From contig JBITNC010000001.1 of assembly GCA_050084985.1 (NCBI GenBank), positions 181,040,001 to 181,104,000 of the forward strand: a stretch of 64,000 bases of DNA, given 5' to 3'. The stretch is from Nageia nagi (Eukaryota; Plantae; Pinophyta). The position numbers and the translations under genes are program-made. Below the pieces are notes generated by a model. It saw only the letters and a list, made by a program, of their open reading frames with translations. It was not told the origin of the DNA and did not search any database. Shown in pieces: positions 26,701 to 40,960 of the stretch; the stretch's first letter is position 1; every line of letters starts with the position of its first letter.

Positions 26701-29700
26701 TAATATTTTTTTAAGGCCAAAGGGAATTAATACCCAACAAAATGTACCCCAAGGTGTAGTTAAGGAAGTCTTGTGTTAATCCTTATATGATTGTAACCTA
26801 AAAAATCATACATGAAAGATATCATTTCATGGTTTGCTATGGAATCAATAATTTTGTCAATATGTGGTAAAGGAAAATTATCTTTAGGATAAGCCTTGTT
26901 CAAATCTCTAAAACTTGTGCAACATATAATCTCTCCATTTGGTTTTATAGGAGGGACAATGTTATACAAACATGATGAGTAATCAATAAGTTCAACAAAA
27001 CCAACTTTATGATACTTTTCTATTTCCTTATTGACTAGAAAAGCATGCTTGAGGTGCATAGGTATTATTTTTTGTTGTACTGTCTTAGCATCCTCATGTA
27101 CAACCAAATTGTGAGTGATAAAAGTAGGATTCAATGTAGTCATATCACCATATTTCTAAGTAAACATATAACCAAAATTCATAAAAAATTCTCTGATTTT
27201 TTCATCACCAATAACTCCATTTCCAATATGAACTATCCATGACACTTCTTTACTACTAATGTCTATCTTAACTAGAGGTTCATTCAACCAAGTTATTTGA
27301 TCATCAGGTTGGAAAATATTAGGCAATGCCCCCAATCCTCTTATGTCATAGGAGAAACCATATCACTCACACACACACACACACCTAACCCTTGCTACCT
27401 AGCCTACTCCTATTTGAGGAAAAATGAAAGTAGGCTATTGTAGCAGGGAAGAACCTACTATGTCATCCATATCCTATCCAAAATATGTGTGAGAATGAAG
27501 TGCGCTTTTGCTTTATCTCTTAGGATGATACTTTTTGAATGTCATATCATGCCCCCAACATATGCAAAAGTGCATCATCCATTTCAAACATATTAGTAGT
27601 CCTTAGAACTATCTTTTCTAACATGGGGTAGTCAAAATTATGTTCTATATTCTCAACACAAATGTTGATGGTAGCATTAGAGCCACCCCTAGTGTGGGCA
27701 CATGTATTCCTATGTGTTTTAGTATGCTTTGATAACTCAGGTACCAATTCAACCATGTTCACCGTCTGTTCATCTAAATCGAAGCCTAATTCTTTATTAC
27801 TTCTAGGTGAAATTGAAGCCTTGTTTCTATCTTTTGACCCAATTCCTATTTTTTCTAAGTTTGATTCAAATATTTCTATAGGTAATTATTTGATCCCTTG
27901 GTCCTATTTACATATGCCTTTACCTTTGTATCTTCTTCATTCCATGTAATGTGGATCTAGCTTTATTATTGACTTTGGCACAAGTGGCTACTCATTTTCT
28001 TTCCTTATCACTCTCTATAGTAGATTCTAATATATAAATATTATACAAAACTTCTTTTGTACTAGCATATTTATATTGGGTTTGAGTATGACCACATTTT
28101 GAGCAAGTAGGGTAGTGTAAGTGCTCACTCTCTTCTAAATGTGAGAGTGTGTGTTGGTGTTGGTGTAAATGCTACTCGACCTGCCAAAATTTTTTATTTT
28201 CTCTTCAATTAATTTCTAACTGAATATGTAGGTACCAACACCTATTTCTTTATATAATTGTATATTTTCATATATTATCTTCTTGTATCTGTTTGTCTCT
28301 ATAAGGGATGAAAGAATTTTTTATGCTTCCAATCATGTTTATAAGATCCTTTGCAGCTTTGATAACATATTCCTATCCTTCATGGTTAAATTTTAATAAT
28401 GTATGTAAACTAGATGATACATACCTCATAGGATATATCCATGGTTTACCAAGGAGAATGTCATAAGATAACTTCTTGTCAAGAACATATGTCATTACTT
28501 TCATAATATTTAGTCCCAACTAAATAGGAAGGATAATATGACCAATGCATAATATTATTCCATTATCAAAACTTTTAATCTTGTATTTTTCCTTTGTAAT
28601 CTATGCATCAACTTATCTCCAAAGTTTTGCAAGAATTCTAGAGAGCATATATTCAAACTTGCACCATCATCTACTAATGTAGTTTAGATTGTCTTTCTCA
28701 TAATCTTGACATGAATATGCATAGCTAAGAATTTTTAAATGATCTCTTGGCTAGAAAGCTCATCTTTGATGAAAGATGAAGCCTATTTAAAACAACCAAC
28801 CATCCCTACCAATTTCCTTGTCAAAATGTTATTATCAACATATATGCCATTAAGAAGCTCAAATAAAGCCAATCTATATTCTTCGAATGTTTCAAATAAC
28901 TCAAGTAAACTAATATTAGTGTTAATATTTTCAAATTTTGAATAACATTCTTCTTCCATTTATATTTGTTATTTTATTTAAGGGAAGGTGTATCTTTGCT
29001 ATTTTCTTTAAAAGAAGGTTTAGGAATTACCTCTTTTGTAGCAAAAAAAGGATTAGGAATACTTTTCTTACTTTGTGTGACAACATTCCATGCCTTCTCT
29101 TTTTCTGGTTTTGATTCTGAATATGATCTTGAGTCTGTACTTGAGTCATCATCAAACTTAATTGGATCACCATTTTCATCATAAATGATCATGTTCACCA
29201 TATTGATAGGATGAAGTTATTGATCTTTTACATTAATCACATCATTCTCATATGATAATATTCCATTGTCTACATGTTTCAATATTTTTCTCATAGTATA
29301 ACAACCTGTGGGATTATGCCCCTTGACTTGATGATATCTACAAAATAAATTTTCCCTATACCAATGTGGTTTACCATCATTAGGGCCATATTCCTTTCCT
29401 TGAACTCTCTTCTTTATGCATTTTTCAAGAAAATCCTCTAACATTCTACTAGGATGCATGGGAAGTGTGTATTTATCTTTAACACTTTCACATTTTCTAT
29501 CTTAGTTCTAATCTTGCATTGTAGGTTCAATAATATTAATAGAAGTATAATTTTTTTATGATATGGTTTTCTACCATTGTATTTATTTGAAGATGATGTA
29601 TATTTGATTTGAATTGATTTTAACATATATCCTTCTTTCTATATAAGTATATGAACCATATCTATAAATGGAACTTTAACATAATCAAGGCATAAGCAAC

Positions 29701-30400
29701 AAGAGTAGGATTAATGTTATCAAGGAATACATTTGTGACAATTTTTTCATCCACTCCTTGGTTTATTGATCTCCAACTCTTGACATATCTAGGGAAATTT
29801 TTGTTTAATTTTTTTTATTGTCCTTGCTTGTAATGGATTAGATTTTCCAAATCCATTGATTTATTGAAGTTGCATCTAAAATGACTTTTGAATTGATCCT
29901 TCAACTGCTTATATGAAGTAATAGATCTTGATGCTAAGTTATGGAACTGCTTTCATGCTTCATCAATTAAGCTCATAGGAAATTACTTTGCTTTCAAGTT
30001 ATCTCTTATTCATTATTTAAGCTCCATATTTTATTCAAAACCTTGAAGATGAATTATAGGATCATTCTCATGATTGATTTTTTCTAATTCTGGCTCCTTG
30101 TCTATTTCGATGAGGATAGCTTTGCAAATCTCCATGCTTAAGGAATTGCCTTTATCTTATGTATGGATAACACTTATCTGAAACTAGTTTTGTAGTAGGT
30201 CTACCTCCATTTTTGATAATATGATCTTCTCATTTATGTAGGTTTTAAAAACTAAAGTAGCATTTCTAGCATTAGCGTTGATGATAGTGTTGACGCTAAG
30301 ATTATCTTGGACTACTAGTGCAAATGCTTTTGCAAGGATGGCTTGAAATATGAGTATTTCCATTACCTTAGCCATAATTTCAAGAGTAATACTTTCCATA
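23750..30400 (-). pseudogene. Tat/Ogre gag-pol pseudogene
   Basis: Gag knuckle CRYHQVKGHNPTGC (~29300). G-patch-like YKGKGICK*DQGI..PI...GIG (~27830-27935). RT FRDLNKAYPKDNFPLPHID and LKLNPKKCVFGV. RH RPLYLY...KLRHY. Additional RNase H WTLYFDGS. Integrase PFGIWALDLVG...YFTK...RFGVP. Confidence 0.9.
26160..26655. repeat. ~250-bp tandem duplication within Ogre RT
   Basis: gatggatttgaccttcttgggatc at 26186 and 26436. Confidence 0.85.
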
Positions 30401-33400
30401 TCTATCACACTTAAAAAATATTATGATCAAATGCTAATAAAAATGCTAGGGATCTTGATATGATTACAAAATATTGGGTAGGTTTGAGAGTATTTATGTC
30501 CTACCCTAACTGAGAGAAGGATATGCTATAAAAAGGTGGGCACAAATATGTTATTGTGTTTTTAGTTACCCCTAAGATTAAAATAAGTGGAAACTATGGT
30601 AAAACACTTAATATGTGATTATGTATCATCTTAGTTATTTAACTCGAATAAATAGAAGATAACTGATATAACATGAAACAATAAATAACCTATATGAATA
30701 TAACAATCAAGTAACAAACCTAGGTTATTATATCAAAGATAAAAAAGTACTAAATGCACACACAAAAGAGATGAGATTTGGTGAAAGGTAAATACATGAG
30801 TCCTTACCTATAAGAAGTCGATTATATGAATATAAGAACTTATTGAAGATATGTGACCTTGATGTGCAAACCCCATGGACCACAGTAGAAAGAATGGTAG
30901 CACAGATTCCTATGATAGTATGGGTGCTAAGTCCTAAACAATAACATAGGCATGCACGATAGCATAGATGCTAGAAGTTCAATCGAGTAGAGTTCGCCAG
31001 CAAGGATTGAAGTATAATAGAAGATCAACAAGTCAAGCCAAATATATAATTGTAAAGTATGGAATGACAAATATGCTTGTGATAAAAAGATCTCAATCTC
31101 AATACGAGACATTTAGAAATACCTAACTTTGAAGTGGCACTGGCTATCAAAATTATAATCTTGATTACTTTCCCATGTAATCATACTTACCTTTATATAC
31201 ACAAGATATCTTCCAATTTACCTTTAGGAAGTCTAGCACCGACGTTGTGGTACCTAACATAAAAATAAGAAGATCATATGACAAGGACTAATAATAACAC
31301 CAACAATATGATATAAGATCAATGTGGTATAACACCTAAGCGAGGACACCTTAGGGTGACCAAAATTAGGTTTCAACAAATATTAAGATATTTCATTTAT
31401 AATGAATTTAGAGAATGTTTTAGTATGAATAAAGATAATTATTTGTGAAATAAATAAGAAAAGGGTTTTATAATGTGATGAGATTTCTTTGAGAAATAAA
31501 TAGGAGAACTAATTGAATATTATTCTTTAAGAAAGAAATAGGGAACTAAATCATGATATTAAGTTATGATATTTCTTGAGAAATAAATTTAAAAAAGGAC
31601 TTATTTATATGATAATATTTTCTTGAAAGGAAAATAGGGAAGTGATTTGTTTAATGCATGATTAATGATTCATTAGAAATTTAGGAAACATTAGATCATG
31701 GTAATTTTAGAATTAATAAATAAAGAATTATTGTTTTCTTAAGTAATTATTAGCTAGTATATGTATACTAAACAATAGAAAATTATAGCTAAGTGATGAT
31801 ATTATTCTAGAGTTAGAAGAATAATATCGAGTTAGTAGTTAAATTTCATGTTTGAGAAAATAATATAAGAAATAAGATTAAAAAAGGTAAATTATATTAA
31901 CTTCCACTCGAGACCAACTGATCTATGGGACAAACAACTTGTAGTAGGCTATTACATAACATGTATGTCTCAGTGTTAAACATTTCATAAAGAATGAAAT
32001 GGGAAAATAAATTTTGTAAATGAATACATTTATTTATTAAAAATATAGAAAAAGAAATTTATGAAAAAAGGAATTATGTAGAGTTTATTTTGTGAAAATT
32101 AACTTAGGTGCCTTTTCTTACCATAAGTAAAAGGAATTACTAGGTTTTATCAAGTGGATTAAAACATAGAGAGGAATATGTATATAGAAATGATTATGAA
32201 GTATTCTTGTATTTTAGTATTGAGTAAAATATTAGATTAAGTTGAATAATCATAGGATATTGATAAAGAATTTTTGATGTATAAGATTTAGGATGTGCAT
32301 GAAGTTCTTATTAGAATATTTTGTTATGCTATATTGAAAGAAATTCTTGACTTGTGAAGTTATTTGAAATCTATTTAGAAGGAAATAAATTTGTGTAATA
32401 CAATATTATGTCCTTTGAATACCTTTTTTTAAATATTTTAGTTGTTAATATAACCACCTTGTCAAGATTGGAGTTGTGTTGAAAATAAGGAAGTAGTACT
32501 AGATTGAGATTGTGTTTTTTATTAAAATAAATTACTTAGCGATCCAAGATAAAAATTTAGACTAATTGATACTTATGGTTATGAGTAGATAAACATATAA
32601 AATGAATATATTTGGTTCTATACAATGATAAATCAATGAGGTTTTTCATTTGATGTAAATAACTGATATCTTGGATAAAGTAAATTATTAAATGATGAGC
32701 CTTGAGGTAATATGTTGGTTACATAAAGTGATTGAATATTAGGGTACTCTTGTGATTTAATAATCATGAAAATTTAATTAAATTGTTGAATTGATTTCTT
32801 ATTCTTTTGATGTTTGAGAATGGACCTTATGTAACTTTGATAATGATGGAATGTTGTTAATGTTTCCTGCAAGAGTCAAGTAGATTATTGATTGTCAAAT
32901 CTTGAAGTTAATGAAATGTTTATAAGGCAAGTTATATTATCTTGAGTTGATATCTATGATTTAATTATGATTTGAAATTATTGAGATATTATGGGTTATG
33001 ATAACAAGCCTATTATCATGTAGGATGGATTGCTATTCACCAATGATCATCATGATGTTTTGATCCTATGTGGAAAAAAGGTTTAAGTATTATATTTGAT
33101 ACATGACTTGGTTGATGCATGGTAAAATATCAATGCTTCTAAAGTTGAATGAATCGAGTAATGAACATAGATGCATCATTGGTATAGGGTGAGTATACCA
33201 AGTGATGAAGAGTTCATGAAGAATGTTTTATTGAAAATGCATCTTGACGAACATTGCTTTGTGGATAGTTGTGAATTACTTTGGGAATTTTTCAATGATT
33301 GAAATTGAGTTTGTATTCAATGTTGATTGAATTTGAATGCACAAGTGCATATACATTTTAAGTTATGAATATCAATGAAAGAGATCTCTCCGATCCCTAC

Positions 33401-33528
33401 ATACTCTACTACTCTTGGAACTGACCAATAGGAATGGATTGGTGGAGAAAGAAGGTTTAAGACCTTGAAGAAAATGATATCTTGTATTTACTTGTTATGC
33501 AAATGTAATTTGGTTGATTGTATGGATT

Positions 33529-33870
33529 CATTAGTATAAAAGTAGCAATATATGACTAAATAAACTACTAAAAATTGTAGATGAATATATATTTTTTATC
33601 ACGTGACCAATAGTAGTTTATTACCAGTTATTTATCTCATGACCAAAGTTATGACTAAACTATGTTAGTCATTTATTTGATTATTTGATTTAATAATAAA
33701 TTTAGTTTAGTATATTTAATCATTAATTTAATCATATATTTAGTCATGAATTTAGTAGTATATTTAGTCATTAATTTAATCATATATTTAGTTATTAATT
33801 TAATCAAATATTTAATCATTGCATTAGTCATAAACTTAATCATTTTTATTTATTGATTACCATTAGTTGG
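33529..33870. repeat. CACTA left TIR and subterminal repeat field
   Basis: Many ttta(g/a)tca(t) and atgactaaa copies in both orientations. The same motifs occur at 50280-50360. Confidence 0.8.
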
Positions 33871-34299
33871 TAATAAATAAAGTTATGAAATAAATAATTT
33901 ATTAAATACCATAAATTTTACAATGCAAAAATAACATAATATTAAACTTGAACTAAAAAGATAAAAGTAAATAAAATATTACACATTCGAACAAGATACA
34001 CCAAGCTAAAATTAAAGGATTGATTTTTCATGATAAATAAAGGTAATGTGCAATTAAAAAATATTAATAGAAAAATGCATATCAAATTATAATATGTCAA
34101 AGATGTCTAAAAGTGTATATGTAAATATAATAAAAAAATGTCAAAATTGTATAAGATTTTTCCACTTTTTCAAAAATACCTTTATAATTAAAATCCTTAA
34201 ACAACAAAAACAAAATTCTACATAAAGCAGTGAGCCATGATGTCTAACAACTAGTACATAATAAACATGTTGATCAACTATGCAGTCATTTTTTGCAAA

Positions 34300-36430
34300 T
34301 ACTTTAGCGGCCATCATGTGAAGGATCCCTTTTTCTCTTTCAGGAGAGTAGCTCCATCTATTTTGTCCTCATAAGCAAGAGGTACATTACTTGTAACTTT
34401 TAAAATGTTTACATTTGCATCTCTTGTTCCTTTCAAGTTGACTCCATGTATAATTGATATAGGGTGAATTCATCCAATGCCCACAACATCATTAAATGAA
34501 TCTAATACCTTAACTTTATCCCCCTCTTTGAGTTTATCAATACATTTATGCATAAATAAAAAGAATAACAAAGTATATAAATAAGTTAACAAAGGAAAAT
34601 AATATAACAATCGTTACCATGCACATATAGCAGACACATAAGATTATAAGATTATTGTTATGCTTAGAAACTATTTAAACAAAATTTGCATATCATTTCA
34701 TAAGTAAAATATAATTCCTTAGAAACTACTATATTACCTCAACACAACTATTATTGGGCTACACATTCTTTTCCACTAGTTCATGATCACTATCAATATT
34801 GGTATGATCTTTGTTGGCATCAAGGTGTTTTTAATTTTTTGTTGCTTTGATAAAATTGTTATGCATGTAGTTAAAAGAGATTAAATCTTAATAAAATGAT
34901 ACTTTCAATAATGCAAAAGATATAGTATTATGAACCAAACTTAACACATCAATAAAACCTCTTACTTGATTTGAATTTGTGGGATTATGGTCATTCCATG
35001 TAGCAACTATAGGCTAAATCAAGGATGTCAATTGTGAAACTTGTTCAGTAAGAGACTATGTAATAAACTCATTAAATGTTGGTAGCCTTCATTTGAGTTA
35101 GCATGATTTGGAGTGGCTCTTACTCGACGTTCCACATATGGTTGTGAAATCTCTATTGGTGAACTAGATTTCCATTTCATACTACTCTTAGATTTTGTAG
35201 GATCTAGTGCTGCCATATAATTGATAATATCTTCAGCACCTGCCTCTCTATTATTGTTTTCTACCTAAAGTACAATGTTAATTTCACACATAGTCAGTTC
35301 AATAAAAATTTGAAAAAAATAATACAATGTAAATTGAACTAATTTAAAAGCCATACACTTACTTCAAATTTGTTTATTTTGGCCTACAGCCCGCCTTGGC
35401 CAAATGTATATCCAACCCTCACATTCTCTCTTGCCTCTATTACTTTTGTTCAAATTCTCTTTGTAATGCATAATTTCTTTCAATGTCTTTCAATGTCTCC
35501 CATTGTTTGGAAGATAAGAGTAGATTCTAACCTCTTTTCCCTCCATGATTGTTTTTCTACAGTTGTATTTGAAATTGTTCATCAAAGTCTCATCTTATTC
35601 TTGTAATATTTCCTAGAGATTTTTCCACCAATGGTGTCAAAGGTATTTTCCAATTTTTTGTATAACATATACCACATGCTATGGATCTTGCTTTGCAAAA
35701 TTTGATTTGCAAATATCGAAATGAACCCAACTTGTTATGCCTAACTTGGAGGTCTACCTTGCAGCATTTTTCCCAATGGGTTCACCATCTCTTGATACCT
35801 CAACCACGAATGTTTCTTTTCCATGCCTCTTTATAGATCTATACAAATCTTGACTCAATTTCTTTCTTTTAACAAAAGCAGACACATATTCTATCGAACC
35901 ACTAGCAATAGGAGTATTCTAAGGCACGTCAAATGTAAACGAACTCTCTTCAAGAATTTCATTAGGCTGCATATCACCATGTGCTTTATCAAGCTGCACA
36001 TGACCAAGTGTTGTATCAGGTTGAACATCAACATGTGCTATATTAAGTTGCACATCATCATAACTACATTTTTCACCAACTACATTTGTTGGATCACACA
36101 AACATTGGCTTCTACGAATTGACAACATTGTATTTTTACCAGCTTACATATTTTTTCTCTTCATTTTCTGTATGATTTTTTTCTTTCCTGTAAAATAAAA
36201 AAAATCATATTATACATAAATATTTTTCTTATAAAATTTCATTAAATAGTATTAAACAAATAATATACTACTTAACAGATTTACAACTTACCTATTTGAC
36301 AAACCAAGATGCGATAAATATTCATTATTCTTGGCCACTCATTCTTTATGAAAGCGTTCATAACCTATCATTGGAATTTCAGTATTACAATCACTATCAT
36401 CTAATTTGTGCCTTAAATTTTTTCTCCCCA
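34300..36430 (-). pseudogene. CACTA second ORF (TnpA-like), multi-exon remnant
   Basis: GKETFVVEVSRDGEPIGKNAAR*TSKLG...VIQK at ~35820-35650. 9-aa-spaced DVQ repeats at 35950-36065. cttac/ct(a/g) splice-site complements. Lies downstream of TnpD. Confidence 0.55.
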
Positions 36431-37439
36431 TTTCCTGATGTCCATAAAAATAAGAATGAATAAATTAACAATTTGATTATTAGATAATTAAACGTAATAG
36501 AATTTGCATAAATAGTACATAAGCTTTGGAAAATCAAATGTATGCTCAATTCTTATTTTGTACTTATACAACCAAATCCTAGAAGATATTTATTTCATAT
36601 CAAAATATAATTATTTGTACCAAACCCATCACAACATACAATAAAGAATCCAAAGTGCACAATAAATTTCAACAAAATAAAAGTATTAAGCACCAAAGAC
36701 ACAAATTAAGCAATATACTTCAGGTTCAATTGCATTGAGCGAATCATCAGATATAATGGCCCAAGGTAATGCTACTCTCTTTTTCATACATCTCAATAAC
36801 TCAAAAGGTAAGTGATCTTCAACTCTCTGAAAAGAAAATTGATACAAATCATCATTTATATCTTAACCAGGAACCAGTTCTTCATCTTTAGGTAGTTAAG
36901 AAAATATATTTTCCTTAGTATTCTATAATATCAAAATGTTTCCTGAATTATCCAGAATAAATAGATTCAGTAATGTACATCATCAAGTGATAAATGAGTC
37001 CAACTCAAATTTATTACATAAGGCAAGTTGTATTTAGTATGAACTTTTCTATCATTTGACTCCAAAATTGTCAAGCTAACAAAATATGTTAGTTTAATGT
37101 AAAGTAATGTAATATGGCTAATGTATTTCTCTAATGTTCTTAATCAAGTATGTTTTCGTATCAAGCATGCAATTACACTATATTTTCTTGATACATTGTG
37201 CATTCATGTTTCTTGACTTGATTTGTTTTGTTTAAGTTAGATGAGATGGCTCACATTTTGTACATTTCGAGGCAAGCACACTATATTTTGTAGGAACAAA
37301 GAATTAATCATGTCTTCTGGTGTGATGCCACTCTTGTTGGAAAATCAGTCTCTTAGGAAATTAAGAATAAATGTTTCTATGACTGTGTGAGCAATTATTT
37401 TTAAAAAATAGTCTGAATGAATCTCAGTCTCTGTGGTTG

Positions 37440-37650
37440 TGTGAGGCATTTTGTAAAATAGTCAAAAAATACAATTCTTGGACAACACACTTAAATTTCA
37501 GTGAGGCATTTTGTCAAACAATTCATGGACTCTTCCAATGTATCCATTTTGTGCATATCATGTGGCCTTGGAAAGTGGACATTATATCAAACAATATATG
37601 GATCCTTTTAAGGTGAGTGTGTCCATGAGGCATTTTATCAAACAATTAAT
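37440..37650 (-). pseudogene. PPR motif scraps inside the CACTA
   Basis: Minus strand YAQNGYIGRVHELFDKMPH (~37500-37560), plus two more gaggcatttt (..KMP) copies at 37443 and 37627. Confidence 0.6.
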
Positions 37651-38189
37651 GGAAGCTAGAAATAACTCTCAGAACAGCTTCTTTGTTTAGATTGCTAAAG
37701 AGACAAGTTAAGACTCATTTTATTTTTGATATTATTAGAATAACCACAACTATTCCACAAATGCAGGAATACAAAAGATCAATTATAAATTAAGTAATAC
37801 AGTTCACATCATATCCTGAATTAAATTGCACAATGCAACAACAAAATTGTTCAACTAACATATGCAAGATTAACATCAACCAGTAATATTGCAATTGTAG
37901 GAAGCTGGAAAAAACTCTTAAAATAGCCTCTCATAATCAACTGAAGCCCAATAAGGCACCATAACTAGCTTTTTTATATTATTGATGAGAATGTAGAAAT
38001 ACAAATTGAAATTAAGATAATTGTGACATGTGATGGAGTAGGTAAATGTTGCTGCAAAATGGTCTTTCAATTTTCTTTCAGTTTGTTGAAGAGAGGAAAA
38101 CTATTATGAAAAACTTAAAACAGATTAAAGTACTTTAATGAAAATAGATTAAAGTACACAATAAAAATTCTGATTGCTTCAAAGTCTCA

Positions 38190-38422
38190 AAGAGTAGTTG
38201 AAAATAGTTTTTCATCGAATTTTGTGGTTGTGAATACTTGATAAATATGCATGTAAAATGCTAAAGAATACTGAAGGCACGGGAAATGTTTGACGAGATG
38301 CATGATGTAGACACAATTTCATGGACTGTAATGATTGGAGGATAATGGCCACAACAAGGATACCCTTAAACTCATTAATCAGATGAAGCATTTGGGAACC
38401 ACCCTATAACAACATAACCTTA
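38190..38422 (+). pseudogene. PPR gene fragment (paralog of 47770-48010)
   Basis: QRVVENSFSSNFVVVN...AREMFDEMHDVDTISWTVMIGG...NKDTLKLINQMKHLGT. Confidence 0.85.
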
Positions 38423-38749
38423 ACAATAATTCACACATTTTGTAATATATCTGGTTTAAAAGTTAAATGTAGAAAAAATAAAATAAAAAAACAAAGAACA
38501 TTTCATGACTTTATTTATTACCAATTGTAGCATACAATATTATTTTGCATATGTTTCTTCAACAAAGCTTTTCTTTTGAAAGTATAACACATATGACTTC
38601 AATATCAGGTCATTTCTTTCAATAGGGGTCAACTCCAAACATTTTTTATAACTAAGAAATGAACAAAATTTTATCTAGTGAATATGGTGTTACATATGCT
38701 GAACATTTTCATATTTTATTTATTTCACTTGCATATCTACCTCAAATAG

Positions 38750-40960
38750 AAATATCATGTATCTAGTAAGTTTTCTAGGAATCTTGATTAGTCATGTATG
38801 CATCTGTTTGATTTTCTTCCTCATCATCATTTGCGACATGCAATACATTCTCTCTCACAATCTATTCTTCAAACAATCCCTCATTATCTTCATCCACTTC
38901 TTTGAATGTTTCTTGTAAATTAACATATTGCCCATTAGGCATTACATTAATAACTTCTATGAATTTCCATTTCAAATGAGACTCTATTTGAATGACATAT
39001 GACCAATCTGGGCTTCTCACATAATCAATTATAAATGATTGGTTAATTTGAAGAGGGAAAACATACGGCTCATCTGACGTTGATAAAAATTATCATGTAC
39101 AATTTGTACTATAGATGGTCAGATCCATTTACATTTTAATAATATAGGACTGTTTTCACCAAAATCGAATTAAATAATTTCTTGAATGAATCCAACATAA
39201 AATCTCATCTCAATTTCATGCAAAAATTCAGCACTAACAACACAATCACAATTTATCTTTCCTTTGTCATTTTCTTCCACTCTTAAATGACTATCATAGG
39301 CTGACATTCTACTAAAATACATAACCCATACATGTGGACAATGTGAAAGCTCACTTTACTCTATTGTTATATCTCAACCTTTTTCTTTTGCATCATTGAT
39401 TGCATTAGCAATCCATTCTTCAAATTTTGGAAAAAAATCACCTCTAATCAAATCATGACATCGACGCTTTTGAGGTTAATGTTGCATCCAAGTTTGATTC
39501 TCTTCTTCATATTTTCTACATAGAATAATGATGTACAAATATTAAGATTAAGATTACAAATATGTAAATGCAATTGAGTAAATAAAATATTGAGTAATTT
39601 TTTTTTACCTTCACCACTTATCAAACGAAGATGTGTTTTGAAGAATAAAGGCATGTATTACACTTCTTTCTTGAAATGATAGCTTGAAGCGACATCCATT
39701 TCCTTCTAATACTTCACCTACAAATCTCTCATCTTCATCATCATGCCACACATGTGGATTGACATTTTTAAAATCCTTCATATATTTTGTGCAAAACTCC
39801 ATGGCCTCTTGCATTGAATATCCCTTGGACATGTTGCCTTCTAGTTTTGCCCTAGTACGGATAAATTTTTTAAAACCTTTATATATCTTTCTATAGGATA
39901 CATCCATCTCATTTTTAGTGGGCCACAATGCTCCAGTTCATATTCTAGGTGTATCAAAATATACATAGAAATGTTAAAGATTATTGGTGGAAATTCTCAT
40001 TCCAATAGAAAGAGGACTTCAACAACCTCCTCCCTCAAACTATTAACGTTCAAAGGATCTAATACATGTAAACTCATTCTCTTTAACATTATACCCAACC
40101 TTATAATTGCCAATCTTGGTCCCTTTGTCAAACCTGATATGTTTATTGCAATAGGTAAAATATTCGCAATTATGACATGATAGTTGTAGGTCTTGAGGCC
40201 TCTTAAGCTATTAATATCACTTTGGCTTCTAATGCTGCTACTAACATATCCAATGGGAAAGTGAGTCTGAGACATCAACTATAAGAATTGTGTACATTAT
40301 TCTTTTGTCGATACATAAGGAGTACTAGGTTTTCTATATCTTTCATTATCACATTTTTCAACCCAAATATTTCTATGAATCTTTATTTCTCGAAAGTCTT
40401 CATGTGATGAAATAGTATCAAATGCACCAAAAAGAGTTTCTATGATAACATAAGCTATATTTTTCTTAGTATGCATAAAGTCAACAATATGCCTAATGGT
40501 TATATCCTTAAAGTATGGCAACTTATATAATATGCAAAATTTGAAAGATTATTATCAAATGACTTAATTTGAAATTAGCATACACAGGCTTTAAAGCATC
40601 CTCCATTGACTTGGCCCAATCATTGTTTAGACCCTCATTCAACATTCTATCAACTTCAAACCCTTTGTTAAATATTTCCACCTCTTCATCTATGTTTGTT
40701 GCCTCTTTATCTCTCACAGTCTGCAATTCTATCATATCTTCATAATAATTGTAAGCCCAGGGGCTTATGCCACTGTGCCCATATCTTATCATATGTCGAT
40801 AAATCACATTTCTTTTTTTCACCTTTCCACCAAGATAATATTTACATAGACATGGATATTTTTCCATGTCTATCTTATTAGCTACTCTCTCATCATATGC
40901 ATGATATTGGTTTGTAGTCATCCTTCGACGCTGGTCCATCAATAATATTCTGCATTCCAT
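38750..40960 (-). pseudogene. CACTA transposase (TnpD-like) with an internal deletion of the core
   Basis: N-terminal PCLCK..V.RHMIRYG, then LPYFKDITIRHIVDFMHTKKN, GLKTYNYHVI, AKLEGNMSKGY (DUF4218-like) and YVGFIQEI...KCKW...DEPYVFP (DUF4216-like). Confidence 0.9.

Larger units (their letters stand above)
21051..31378 (-). mobile_element. Ty3/Gypsy Tat/Ogre-type LTR retrotransposon, full length but decayed
   Basis: LTRs ~21051-21880 and ~30552-31378. TSD AATAT. PPT complement gattcccccctttg. Degenerate PBS ..GTGCCCACC at ~30535-30546. Order gag-PR-G-patch-RT-RH-aRH-INT on the minus strand. Confidence 0.9.

Noticed and set aside
27368-27386. (CA)n microsatellite as a notable feature
   Set aside because: Short, ordinary simple repeat inside the Ogre element.
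31957-33528. Separate gag-pol after ggctattaca (31956) taken as an LTR end
   Set aside because: No PBS follows and only vague pol-like scraps are visible. Left as part of the probable solo LTR.
33563-33580. aactactaaaaatt as the CACTA left terminus
   Set aside because: cattagta at 33529 matches the right TIR better and gives the ATT TSD.
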